A program made the position numbers and the translations under genes. Positions 1 through 12,316 of a stretch of 64,000 nt of DNA are shown in pieces (positions within the stretch are counted from its first letter, which is position 1; the number at the start of each line of letters is the position of its first letter). The notes beneath the pieces are model-generated. The model was not told where the DNA came from and did not search any database. It saw only the letters and a list, made by a program, of their open reading frames with translations. The stretch lies in NCBI RefSeq assembly GCF_009914755.1, contig NC_060933.1. One strand, written 5' to 3'. This stretch comes from the human T2T-CHM13v2.0 reference genome, Homo sapiens.

Positions 1-110
1 ATTTTGTTTTTGTTACTTTATAATCCTTAAAAATATAAAAATGATTCTTAGCTCACAGGCTGCATAAAGCAGTCCATGAGTCTAATTTGGTCCACAGGCT
101 ATTGCTTGCT
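1..110 (+). mobile_element. MER58B-like hAT-Charlie fossil, 3' end
   Basis: AAAAATGATTCTTAGCTCACAGGCTG...AATTTGGTCCACAGGCTAT resembles the recalled MER58B terminus. Confidence 0.6.
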
Positions 111-1759
111 AGACAGAAACAAGTAAAAATATGGAGATGCTGGTTTCACAACATAACCTGGCCTCAAATGTGAGAAATTATGTTTTAAACAAGTTCTCAT
201 TCTTCAATATTGATTTATATTTACACAGATAGCCAAGGGTATTGGCTGTGGGACAAGATGCGCTTAAATCTTGTAATGATCTAAGTTTAAATAAGACAGA
301 AATGTATGTTCTCCTGCAAATGTTCTCCTCCAAAACCACATGAAGGGAAAAAGTGCTTGGCACAGCCTTCTTTTGTGGGGGAGGATTATTATTTTAACAA
401 AAACATTTGTAAAATAGTTCTGGAGACTCAACAAACCAAAGAGGTAATTGACTTTGCCCTCAGGAGTCATTCTGCACCTTCAGCCTACACCCCAAATATA
501 TTCATATTTTAGAGCAGAATTTTAGCTTTTATAACCTTCACAATGTGTTCACAGCATTAAATATATTGAGGGAGGAAAGTCCAAATGGGGTGATTTATTT
601 GAGAAATTCCCAGATTGAGGGAAGGTGTCTCTTTGAAATGGTTGCCTCAGGGAAAGAGTATATTGTGATATATTTAGTAAATGATGTTAAGGAAAACTTC
701 AGTGCACTATATAAATTGGGGATTGGGGAGGGAATAGAAAGAGAGAAAAATGTTTTCAATGAAGGAGATTTATGTACCAAGAAATAGTTTGGAAAAGAAA
801 TATTTTCTTTTGTTTCCTTAACCCTGATAGATTTAAAGGCTTTGGAAAGCTGAGGCAGAAAATTATTTTCACCTTTTCTGCTTTTACACTACTCCTTACT
901 GTTTCTCCATAGTATATCACATGGCAATGTATTTTCCTGTTTCCATTTCTTGCTCGTAACACAAAATAATATGAATGTCTGAACTCTGTTGCTTGAAGAC
1001 AAGCATAGTTTGAAATCACATCCATTCCTCTTAGAAAGTGTTTAGCTGTATTGGTCCTCATGAGAACTAGTAGCTGTTGTCTAGAGCCTAAGAGAAGAAA
1101 TTGTGTTTCTGCTTAGAAGTCCTACTTTCTGTGGCAAAAGGAGTTAAGACTCAATATCCCTTTATGAATAAGGCAGTCTGAAGCATCAGTACTTGGACTT
1201 TGAAGTGTTTAGCTGACTCAATTCATCCTTAGTAATGGGGGATCAGAAGAATATGATGGTTAAAATTATCAGAAAATGTGGAAATCACTGAGTCTGATAT
1301 ACCTCAGTTTCTGTCTCAAAGCTATTAATGTGTAGCCAAGTGGATGTGCTGGATACCTGGCTCCTACCTGAGTTTCTGATGGAGATAACATGATCATGGA
1401 ATAAGACAAAAAGAAATCAAAGAGGAAAGAGAGAACTGCAAAGAATATGAATTTCTTATTACTAGATAATCAACCTCTGAGCAATTGAAGGTTAGCTGTG
1501 TGTGACTTTGGGAAGGGAATTTCATGATTTCCAAACTTTCTTTTCTTCCTAATTGAGGAACCTTGTTTACGTCATGGTAAGCCTAAGTGAATCAAGGGTT
1601 TTGGGCTTTATAGAGATTATGATAATTCCTACAGATCACTAAGGAAAAGTATTTACTATTTATCTCATATCCTTGAACCTCACAACATGTCAAAGCTATT
1701 TATAGAGGGTCTTCTATGCTCAGCCTAGGATAAAATGCACTAAAAAGACAGAATATGTA

Positions 1760-2176
<417 letters not shown>

Positions 2177-2262
2177 CTAGCTGTTAACCTGGAAAATGCT
2201 TACTCATTCTTCTAGATGGAACTCACATGTCACTTCCTCTTTGAAGCTTTCCATAAACCCAG

Positions 2263-2724
2263 TGATGCAGGGCAGCTGAGCCCCAAAATTGGGGATTAGC
2301 CCAGGAGAGTTCTTGGTTTTGCTCAGGAAAGAATTCAGTGGAATTCTGCTGACAGTAGAAGAAAGCAGGTTCACTGAAGCAGCAGTGTACAGCAGAGTGA
2401 CTGCTCCTTGTGGAGCAGGGTAACCTGTAGGCAGTGCACGCAGACTAGCAGTGTTTGAGCTGTTCGCTAGCAGTATTTATAACCATTTTTAATTACATGC
2501 AAATTAAAAAGTGGGTCATTCAGAAATTTCTAGAAGAGAGGCAGTAACTTCAGGTTGTTGCCATGGCATTTGTAAACTGTCATGGTGCTGACGGAAGTGT
2601 CTGATGCTGATGAGCAGTAAGGGCAACTAGAGGTTGCCTTTGGAGCCTTTGCTAGCTTCGGCCTGTTTCTTTATTTCATCATGTCAGGACTGGGAAATAC
2701 GTCCTGCTGGTCTCTTCCCATTCA
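2263..2724 (-). mobile_element. ERV1-class solo LTR (subfamily uncertain), interrupting an L2 fragment
   Basis: TG...CA termini; TGATGCAGGGCAGCTGAGCCCCAAAATTGGGG...GTTCTTGG...GGAAAGAATTCA is typical of MER4-group LTR U5 read antisense; L2-like sequence on both sides. Confidence 0.7.
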
Positions 2725-2909
2725 GCAGTGAGTTTTCTTTCCTTTGTACTCTCATAGTTTTGTGAGACTCTGGCTATATGACACAGTCATCGTCCATTTT
2801 CTCGTCAATTTTCTCTGGACCATAGGCACTTTGCAGGCAACAAAATTGTTGTGTGTATTCTAGCACCTCACACAGAGCCTGAAATAGTGTGGATTCAGTT
2901 AATGACTAA

Positions 2910-3246
2910 CAGTCCAGAGGCCAAATGTGATCTGCACACATGTTTGGTTTTGCCTGAGCACTGTGGGACTACATAGTTCTTTAAATTGTTTTAAATTAAT
3001 TGCCAGAAAATTCAAATGTATGGTATCTCTTGAGAAAATGGAAGATCCAGCTTTATTAGTCTTTTTCTCTTATATGGGATGGTTGGCTGGAGTTGGGAAG
3101 TGGTTATTCCACATAAAAAAGGGTAAGTGTTTTCCAACCTGCCCTAATTCCCAGCACTCCCTAACATCAACTTGACCTAGATTGACCTAATTTACTTATT
3201 TATATTACCTGCCTGCTCCCTGTAGATATTGGAGATCACACTCCTG
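2910..3246 (-). mobile_element. MER102-like hAT-Charlie fossil
   Basis: CACATGTTTGGTTTTGCCTGAGCACTG...TCTCTTGAGAAAATGGAAGATCC...ATTACCTGCCTG...CCCTGTAG matches recalled MER102 antisense. Confidence 0.65.
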
Positions 3247-3427
3247 TGTCACAGAACTACCCAGTACTAAACTTGTCACTTCTTTCTCAAAGTCATCCTA
3301 ATTTTTACTGCCCGCATCCAGGAAGTAATCTTTACATCTTTTGAACTCCTCCTAGTTCAGTGGCCCTTAAAGAGGGGAGATGTGCATATCAGAATCACTT
3401 AGGATGTTCTTTTGAAATACCATTTGA

Positions 3428-3721
<294 letters not shown>

Positions 3722-3948
3722 TGAAATATCATTTTTAAATCTTAAAAGAAACATATGTTTAAAAATCCCCTGCATATATCACTTGTACTCACTTTAAGAA
3801 CCACTGAATTTGGTCGTTTATTTATCATTTTCTTTATTGTTATTAGGTAGATCATTTATCTCCATTACTAGATTGTAAGCCCCTTGAAGGCAGGATCGTG
3901 TTTCATTTTATTTCTACCCTGAAAAGTGTATTGAACATGGCAGACAGA

Positions 3949-3983
<35 letters not shown>

Positions 3984-4018
3984 TATATGTGTGTGTGTGT
4001 TTGTGTGTGTGTGTGTAT
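3949..4018. repeat. Compound (CT)n(TA)n(TG)n microsatellite
   Basis: Direct reading; abuts the tail end of an antisense L1 3' end. Confidence 0.9.
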
Positions 4019-4024
4019 AAAATT

Positions 4025-4250
4025 TCCATTTTCATTTTAGATTCAGGGAGTACATGTGGAGGTTTGTTACAAGGATATATTGTGTGATCCTAAGTTTTGA
4101 GCTTCTATTGATCCCATCACCCAGAGATGAGATGGTGAACATAGTGCCCGACGGGAAGTTTTACAGCTGTTGCCTCCCTCCCTCTCTCCCACCCTTCTTT
4201 TGGAGTCCCCAGTGTCTATTGTTCCCATCTTTATGTCCATGTGTACCCAA
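4025..4250 (-). mobile_element. L1P 3'UTR fragment
   Basis: TTTTAGATTCAGGGAGTACATGTGGAGGTTTGTTACA...CCCAGTGTCTATTGTTCCCATCTTTATGTCCATGTGTACCCAA, antisense L1PA/PB 3' end. Confidence 0.85.
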
Positions 4251-4661
4251 TAATAAATACGTTTGAATAAAAACCTTAAGTACACTAGATAAATTCAGAG
4301 AAAGAAGACCCTGAATTGTCAGAGGTGATTATACATGATTTCATGACGTCTGGTGGACTCGACCATTACCAAAACAACAATACTCCTATGGTCAATTCTA
4401 AAGGACCATCTGTTTTAGATGCAACTCCCATGTAATGGTCTATCTAAAAGGACTAACTTCCAAAGAGAGTATTTAAGGCACTGAAAGAATCTAATGTATT
4501 CAAAGAAAAATGCTCTATTAAAGAATCTGAATCTTCACATTATGAAATATTTGACATTCACCCTGCATCTTCATTGGAATATCTGTCTTTACTGAAAAAG
4601 AAGAAAAAATCAAGTACCGGATGTCACTGAGAAGAAAGGACCCACTGGAATATTTTATATA

Positions 4662-4903
4662 CAGTTGTCCCTCGGTGTCTGTAAGGGATTGGTTCTAGGA
4701 CCATTTGCATACCCGAATCCAGTCATTCCCAAATCCCGTCATACTCAGGCCTGGGGGAAACCATATAAATGAAAAGTTGGCACGGTTTCAAGGTTTTGCA
4801 TCCTGTGAATACTGTATTTTCCTGCTTTGTGTCAAAAAATCTACTTAATCCACTTATAAGTGGACCTGTACAGTTCAGACTTGTGGTGTTCAAGGGCCAA
4901 CTG
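4662..4903 (+). mobile_element. MER8 (TcMar-Tigger MITE)
   Basis: TIRs CAGTTGTCCCTCG...CAAGGGCCAACTG with TA target duplications on both sides. Confidence 0.85.
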
Positions 4904-5379
4904 TATATTCTTCTTGTCTACGTTGTTCATGACTAGGACCTTAAGGATACATAGATAGCTGAAACTGGATTTATGTACCTCAAATCACATGAATATTGCA
5001 GTTTTTTAAAAAATGAAGAGTGCCTTGTTTCTATTAAATTCTAATTATGACTACCATAACAGTAAATGAAGGCTCTCTAATTACCACAAGAGGGAGATAT
5101 ATAAATAACAGGTAGGCACTTAACTTGCTTCTGTTTGGTACTTCAGCTTGATGAGTTCCATATTCTAGACTCCTCTGAGGAAAGAGAGCAAGAGAGAGGT
5201 TTTATACTTTATGTTATTCCCTTATTATGAGATACCAACTATCTTTTCTGCTCTATAATTACTTCATTCTGCTCTAATGGATTCAACATTCATACCCTGT
5301 TTGTACGTTTACTAGTATTTATGAGTTTCCCTCACTTTACGAGCAAGTCTGATAGGAGAGAATTGTAGCTCTGCTCAAC

Positions 5380-5800
5380 AGATTCATTTTGTCAACATAC
5401 ATTTGTTGTGTATGTTAGACCCTGAGCTAGGCAGAGGGGCTATAAAAAGAACGATAAAATTTTTTCATCATGGACGTCTTAGTCTAATGGGGGTGTGCCA
5501 ACACCAAGACACGTGATGAATAGGTTTTTACACACTAAGTCATTAAAGAATACGGAGGGAAGGAGGTGATTGCCTCTGACTGGGAATGTCAGAGGGGGTA
5601 ATGTTTAAACTGGGCCATGAAAGATGAATGGTAGTTCCACAGATTTAAAATGAAGGAAAAGGTATTTCTGGGATATTGTTGGCAAAAGTAGAGGAACTCC
5701 AAAGTGGAGCCTGCTTGGAAAAATGCAAGTCACCACCCATGGCTGGACTGAAGGATGCACAGAAGGAATAATGGGAGAATGATAGAGGAGATTTGAAAAA
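5380..5800 (-). mobile_element. L2 fragment
   Basis: CATTTTGTCAACATACATTTGTTG...AAACTGGGCCATGAAAGATGAATGG, degenerate L2 3' region. Confidence 0.55.
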
Positions 5801-6164
5801 TAGTTTCAATACCCATAAAGAGCAGGAAATTAGGCCCTGGGGTTGCACCATAAGCATAGTGGTGATGACTACATGTTCACGCTGTCTAATCTCCAGCTCT
5901 TTGTGGGTATTAAGACTATCAAGAGGTAAATATGGGGCTTTGCCTTATCCAGTTCTAGCCTCCATTGATAAAACCTAAAAATTTAACTTCTCTGACTCTC
6001 TTGCAGTAGATAGACTCCCCTAATCAGATGTTCTTTCATGAGATTTGGAAAGCGGAAATGCTTTCCAATTTCCACTTTTAGCTATGTCTGTTGGCAAGCA
6101 TTTCCTGGTGTCTAATCTTTAGCTCTGTGTGAGTATTGAGAGGCTGTTGTGGTGGAGATTCTAT

Positions 6165-6885
6165 TATTACTGACTTGAAATTATTAGTATTTTTTATCTT
6201 TGAGTTTGTGTTTTGTGAGTGAAGTATGATGTGGGTTGGGCACAGGGAGCGATCAAAGCCTCAGCTCAATCTAGGTGTCTTGAATCTCTGGGAGGATTCC
6301 TTGGATACCTGTTCTTCCTGCCGCCTGGGACACCAGATCTTATCCTTTCCTTTCCCATCTTTGCCTAAGCTACTGCTGCCGTGCCTTATTCCCACCCAGG
6401 CAGGTGCATGCAGTGCCATGGCAGCACAGTGGGCGACTTTGTGGGATGGGCCTCCTGGACACCCCGTTCAGGTACTGAGTGTGTCCTGGCATAGATGACG
6501 CACTCCACTGGGAGTTACCCATCTCTGTGTGTTGGAGACATTGGCCTGTGGGAAAGCAAGTGTGGATTCTTTGTCCCCATCCAAGAAGGTCAGCCCAGTG
6601 ACTGGCGGGAAGGGGGTCCAGCAGATGGTGAGCTGTGCACTGAGTCACTGCACAGGGCCCCTGGAAACCTCTGAGGATCTGCAAACAACCAGCAAGTATC
6701 ACTGTATTTAAAGGAGCGAAACAGCAAATAACAAATAAAAGACACCATGACACGTTGACAGACCCCTGAACAAAGGACAAAGGTTAGTATGTTGCTACTT
6801 TTAGTGGCACTTTTCCCCCACCTTTCAAATGAGACACCACATTTTCCTTTTGCACTGGGCCCTACATGTGATGGAGCAGACCTTG
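6165..6885 (+). mobile_element. MER45-family hAT-Tip100 fossil
   Basis: CTTGAAATTATTAGTATTTTTTATCTTTGAGTTTGTGTTTTGTGAGTGAAGT and the terminus ATTTTCCTTTTGCACTGGGCCCTACA resemble MER45. Confidence 0.5.
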
Positions 6886-8261
6886 CCTCTAGATAGAGCA
6901 CCTACAACAAAATCAGATCGTTAGTGCTACAAAGAATAATTACTTGCTCCTAAAGGACATGTGGCTTATTATGCTAAAAGAATGGTTGTCTCCTCTCCAG
7001 ATTTGAATTACATTATACTAGGATTTATTCTATTCCCAGAAAGAGTGGGAGAAGGGGAAAATCAAAATGCCTTCTATCTGTAGGCTCTGTGTATGTGTGT
7101 GGTTGGGGGGGAGCCACTATAGAGAGAAGGAATGTGAAAGACAGGAGGAGAGAAAAAGAAATAGAGGGAGAGAACATCAAGGGGAGAGAGAAAGAGGATT
7201 ATTACCAGGGCAAAGTCATCAAGAAGAAGGGCATTTCTGGAGAGTGTGGGGAAAAGGTTTGAATCTGGCAACTATAGAAATATCTCTTCAGAGAAGCAAG
7301 AAAAGGAAGTAGTGATGGATGGAAATAAAGTGCTTTTAGAGTTGCCAGGGGTGTATGTCTTCTATTTTTTCATTCTGGTTGCCTGAAATTGAATAAGGTT
7401 AAACATTAGTGAATGGAAGAAAAATAAAAAGTTTAGCTGTGGCAGGTGGTAAAAGGAACAAAGTAGAGATGAGTAAAATGATTGGAAAGGATGATTTACT
7501 GTTTGAAATAATTCTGTAATTTTAAAGAAGGGGGCCGTTGTAGGCTTACTACAAAGAACAAGCATCATCCATGCATTAAAAATGATTTTCAACAGATTCC
7601 ATGTGACACCACCTCCTCGGGCATGTCTATTGCTATTCCTTGCAAGGAATACTTTTACTTTAAGAGTTTCTTTTTAAATTTCACATGCCTTCGGTGGATT
7701 CCTAGTTTGCTCTCTTGGACCTTGGCTTTTCATTCTTGGTTTTTGCTTTATCTGTTTTCCTGGCTTAGATTTCTAGGGAGTGTAGGAAATAGCAACTGCT
7801 GACAGCTTCCTTTGCCTCATGGGGCCTGCTTGTTAAGAACAAGCTTCAAGGGCAAGTTCCAGTTGTTGTAAGTGGGTAGAAACTTACCTTGGTTTGGCCA
7901 TGCTGGGAACCACATCCTGGTATTTACTTGTTTGTCAACATTGCGGTGTTGACCCTTCTCACAGAGGCACTATTCCTGGGTGACTCTTATAGATTGTTTC
8001 TGTGACAAAACAGCCTTTAGCATGTTCCATGAAGTTCTTTAAGCTTTGCCGTGGAAGAGGGCAAGCCCCTGTCTCTTGTGACCACTTAGTGCTTCCCTTG
8101 GGTCCATAGTTCTATAGTTTTTGACTTTAAAGAAGAGAGAGTCTACATTAGGCAAAAAATTTATTTCAGCTCCCAGCCGTCAACATGGAACCATTTTTAC
8201 ACTGTTAGGCGCACTATCACCATTGTCTTTAAAAGCAAATACATATTTACTTGTTAAAATT

Positions 8262-8690
8262 TGAACTTTCATTTTAGGTTCAGGGGGTACAAATGCTGAT
8301 TTGTTACATGAATATATGGTGTGATGCTGAGGTTTGGGGTAAGGATGATCATGTCACCCAGGTAGTGAGCATAATACCCAATAGGTAGTTTTTCAGCCCA
8401 CGTCCCCTTTTCCCTTCCCCCTCTAGTAGTTCCCAGTGTCTGTTGCGCCCATCTTTATGTCAATGTGTACTCAATGTTTAGCTCTCCCTTATAAGTGAAA
8501 ACGTGCAGTTTTTTGTTTTCTTTTCTTGAGTTAATTTGCTTAGGATAATGGCCTCCAGCTGCATCCATGTTGCTGCAAAGGAACATGATTTTGTTCTTTT
8601 TCCTGCCTGCGTAGTTTCCATGGTGTATATGTACCAGATTTTCTTTGTCCAATCCACTGTTGATGTGCACCTAGGTTTATTCCGTGTTGT
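8262..8690 (-). mobile_element. L1P 3' end fragment
   Basis: Antisense L1 3'UTR/ORF2 tail (AGGATAATGGCCTCCAGCTGCATCCATGTTGCTGCAAAG). Confidence 0.88.
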
Positions 8691-8817
8691 TATGTAGTAG
8701 TAGAAACCAGGTTGGTTGATTTTTCCTTGGTTGGAGGGGTGAGTGATGGCAAAGAAGATATCATTACAGTCTGTGCTTCTGTGTCAGTATTGCCATATCT
8801 TTGTAGAGGGTAGCATG

Positions 8818-9200
8818 GTGTCTCAGTTGGGACTCTGTTTGCAAGCATATAACTCTCCAGTGGCTAACTTCAGGGGAAAAAGGGATTTATGAAGCAAGGA
8901 GACTGGGTAGATCCCAGACTCTAAGGCAAAATTGAACAATTGGATCTTGTCAAGGACAGGAACTAGGAGAGTTCTCTGGAGTCTGGTATGAGGAACTTAG
9001 GGACTGATATACTCTTATTTCAGAAACTCCCATTAGAAAGACTCATCTCTTGCAATTATTCATTGTTAATGACTCACACATGTTTTAGATTCCCAGGAGA
9101 CAGAGTGTGTGATTGGCCTCCCACTGCATACACAGTCATCCCTTGGCCAGGCTGATGGGGCAGTTTTATTGACAATTCCATCATGATTACACTGTTAGGA
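8818..9200 (-). mobile_element. Old MLT1 (MaLR) LTR
   Basis: TGTCTCAGTTGGGACTCTGTTTGCAAGCA...AAAGGGATTTAT, typical antisense MLT1 3' end. Confidence 0.5.
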
Positions 9201-9834
9201 AGGGGACATACCCAACTGAAAATAAGCACCAATTATGTGCCAGACACTTTTACATATGTTGTCTTGTTTAACCCTTATGGTCAGCCTACAACCTATGGGA
9301 TTTGTATTATTATCATTGCTTTCCAAACAAAGAAGCTAACACTCTAAGAAACAAGTGACCTGCTTATGATGACAAAAATTAAGAGGAATTGAACCAGGAT
9401 TCAAATCTATGGTGAATGGCTACACTTATTAGGAATTCATTATCTCATGTTACTAATTATTAGTTAATAGAGATGATGATGATGGCTATTATTTTAGGGC
9501 CTTTTTGAGATTCTTTTCTCCCTTCGGTTTGGTTAGTTTATTCATAGGACGTGGTAACAAAGGTTTACCCTGTCCAAATGACCCTTTTCCCTCTCAACCA
9601 TCTTCACAAATCCTTTATTCCTAGGAGACACCATCAAAGCCCTACTCTAAGTCCCTTTATTTTTGGCAAAATTCTAAAAGAGCCAAATTTTAAGTTCAGA
9701 AGTGGACTTAATATAATCAATCTTACCAAAACCCAATAGAAATAACAACTTCTAGCCTAGCAGAAAAATTGATCCAAGCAGACACCAGAACTAGACTCAA
9801 AAAACACAGTAAGAGGGTTAGAAACATTAAGCCT

Positions 9835-10133
9835 TGCCCAGGCACAGTGGCAAATGCCTGTAATCCCAGCATTTTGGGAGGCCAAGGCAGGCGGATCACT
9901 TGAGTTCAGGGGTTCCAGACCAACCTGACCAACATGGTGAACTGTCCTCTCTGCTAAAAATACAACAATTAGCCAGGCATGGTGGCAGGTGTCTGTAATC
10001 CCAGCTGCTCAGAAGGCTGAGGCAGGAGAATTACTTGAACCTGGGAAGTGGAGGTTGCAGTGAGCTGAGATTCAGCCACTGCACTTCAGCCTGGGTGATA
10101 GAGCAAGACTCTGTCTCAAAAAAAAAAAAAAAA
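9835..10133 (+). mobile_element. AluS
   Basis: Full Alu with A tail; TSD ATTAAGCCT at 9826-9834 and 10133-10141. Confidence 0.93.
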
Positions 10134-11184
10134 TTAAGCCTAAGAGCAAATGTTGTATGTCGATCAGTGGTCCCATAGGTCTTCATTATATTAAACCACA
10201 GGCCAATCAACATTGTTTAAAAGAAAGTTATGCTCAATGTCCTTCATTTAAAATGCATGGAAGGACAATGTTTAAGTGGAGGTGACACTGCAGGTCCACA
10301 GTGTGCTTTTCTGAGCTGAGCTTCTATATGGAACTTCTGGGCACAGAGCCTTTCCATAAAGATGACCCTTTCATAAGCTGTGCCCGTTTGTCCTCGTCTG
10401 CCATAGGAGAAGGGCATCTGGGGCTAAGACCATAATATACTGTGGTTTCTGTAAACACACAACGGATTTTTAAAACATGCATCTTTCTTCTTTAGTGTTG
10501 AAAGTAATCCATACACAAACTATGAATTTATCTTGACTTCAGTGGAACTGGAAATGAGGTTTCAAACCTTACTTCCTACTATTTGAACTCACTGGACTCC
10601 CTATATATCCTTTTTAGTAGTTCGTCCTATCTTTTAGTAAAATCCCCAAGCACATGCACTGGCTGTCTTTACTGCATTCCTTCTAGACTGTAAAGTTACT
10701 TGTAGAAAGAGAACACATTTGGCCATCTTTCATTTTTTTTTTCTTGCCTGCTTTTCTCTGACATACTTCTTTCTCTGACTATTGCCATCTTAAGTGCTTT
10801 TAAATACTATCAGGGCTTTGGGGTCAGGATAAGGGTTCCATTGTCACACAGATGCATTCTGTGTATACTCGAGCCTCATACTTCAAAGGGATCAAATGAT
10901 TCTATTAAGGAAGGAATGATGCTCTGGCATGGGTGAAGGGAGCTGAGCAGACAGGAAGGAAAGAGTGATAATGGAAAACACTGACCATGAGGAAAAGAAA
11001 AGAAAATGGGCTGGAGGATCCTGAAAGGAATTGTGGCAGAGGCAGAGGAGAAGGAACAGGAAAAGAAAAGGCTTCTGAGACAAAAACATATCAAAGGGAC
11101 ACAAGGTTAGTTGGTGAGAGAAATTATTACGCCAACAGCAATAATGACAAGCACAGAGTAGATCAAAGTCTTTTTATGGCTTTC

Positions 11185-11600
11185 TGAGTTGGGGTAGGCT
11201 AAACTACTGTAATAAATGTATGCAAACACAAATTGGCACGAAGTTGGAGCTTATTTCTTCCTTATGTAACAGTCTAAAGTAGATCCTTGGGTATTGAAAG
11301 AGCTCTCCTCCATTTGGCAGTTCAGAGACCTGGACTGCTTCCATTTGGTAGCTCTGCCATCCTCTAGAACTTAGTCATTGTCTGCAGCCGTATGGTGAAA
11401 GGGAAGGGGAGAATGGAGAGCCACCTGCTCAGTTAGAAACCCCAGCCCAGAAGAGACACGCATGACTCCACTGGACACAACTCAGCCAGCAGGCCTGCAT
11501 TTGTAAGGGAGGCAGGGAAATGTCATTCAGCCATAAGCTCAGATAAAGTCCAGGTTCTGTGGAAGATGAGGAGAATAGGTTTTGCTGGACTGCTTGTAGT
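11185..11600 (-). mobile_element. Old MLT1 LTR
   Basis: AGTTGGGGTAGGCTAAACTACTGTAATAAA...CTTCCATTTGGTAGCTCTGCCATC, MLT1J/K-like antisense. Confidence 0.45.
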
Positions 11601-12100
11601 TTCAGTCCTAGTGGCTCAGTGAGCAACCACAGAGCCATAGGGTTCAACAGATCTGTCTTACATTCTGTAGCTGGTGAGATTGCTCAGTTGCATAGGCTCT
11701 CTGAGGCTAATATTAACGCCTATCAGAGGATCCTTATGAGCATTAAATGAGATGATTAGTATAAAGTATTTAGCACAGCATCTGGAAAACTACAAACAGT
11801 AAATGTTTGCTATTATTCTTCACAGCTATAGAACAAATAAGGGAAAGCAACAAATATCTATTTGTAATACTGTTATAAGAGTTACTTTAAACCTATACTA
11901 ATTTAGAAAATAAGAAAATTATTTAAATATATTTTAAATACTACTTGCATGTAACAAAGTATGTGGGACACATCTCACCACTGACTACTAAACATTTGCA
12001 TGCTATAACATCACTTTTTAAACCTCTGATAGGAAGAGTCACCCGATAGATTTTGCTTTTCAGATTATCCTTGTAGATGAAGATCCCAAATAGTCTAGAC

Positions 12101-12316
12101 CAGGGGTTGGTGAACTTTTTCTGCGAAGAGCCTGGTAGTAAATATTTTTGGCTTTGCTGGCCATATGGATCTCTGCTAAAACTACTGAACCCTGCTTTTG
12201 TAACATGAAAGCAGCCATGGTCTGTAACTAGTGAGCATGGCTGTGTTCCAATAAAATTTTATTTACAAAAATAGACAGTAGACTGAATTTGATCTGTGAA
12301 CTTTTTGGTTACCCTT
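12101..12316 (+). mobile_element. MER58A
   Basis: CAGGGGTTGGTGAACTTTTTCTG...GGCTGTGTTCCAATAAAATTTTATTTACAAAA. Confidence 0.85.
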
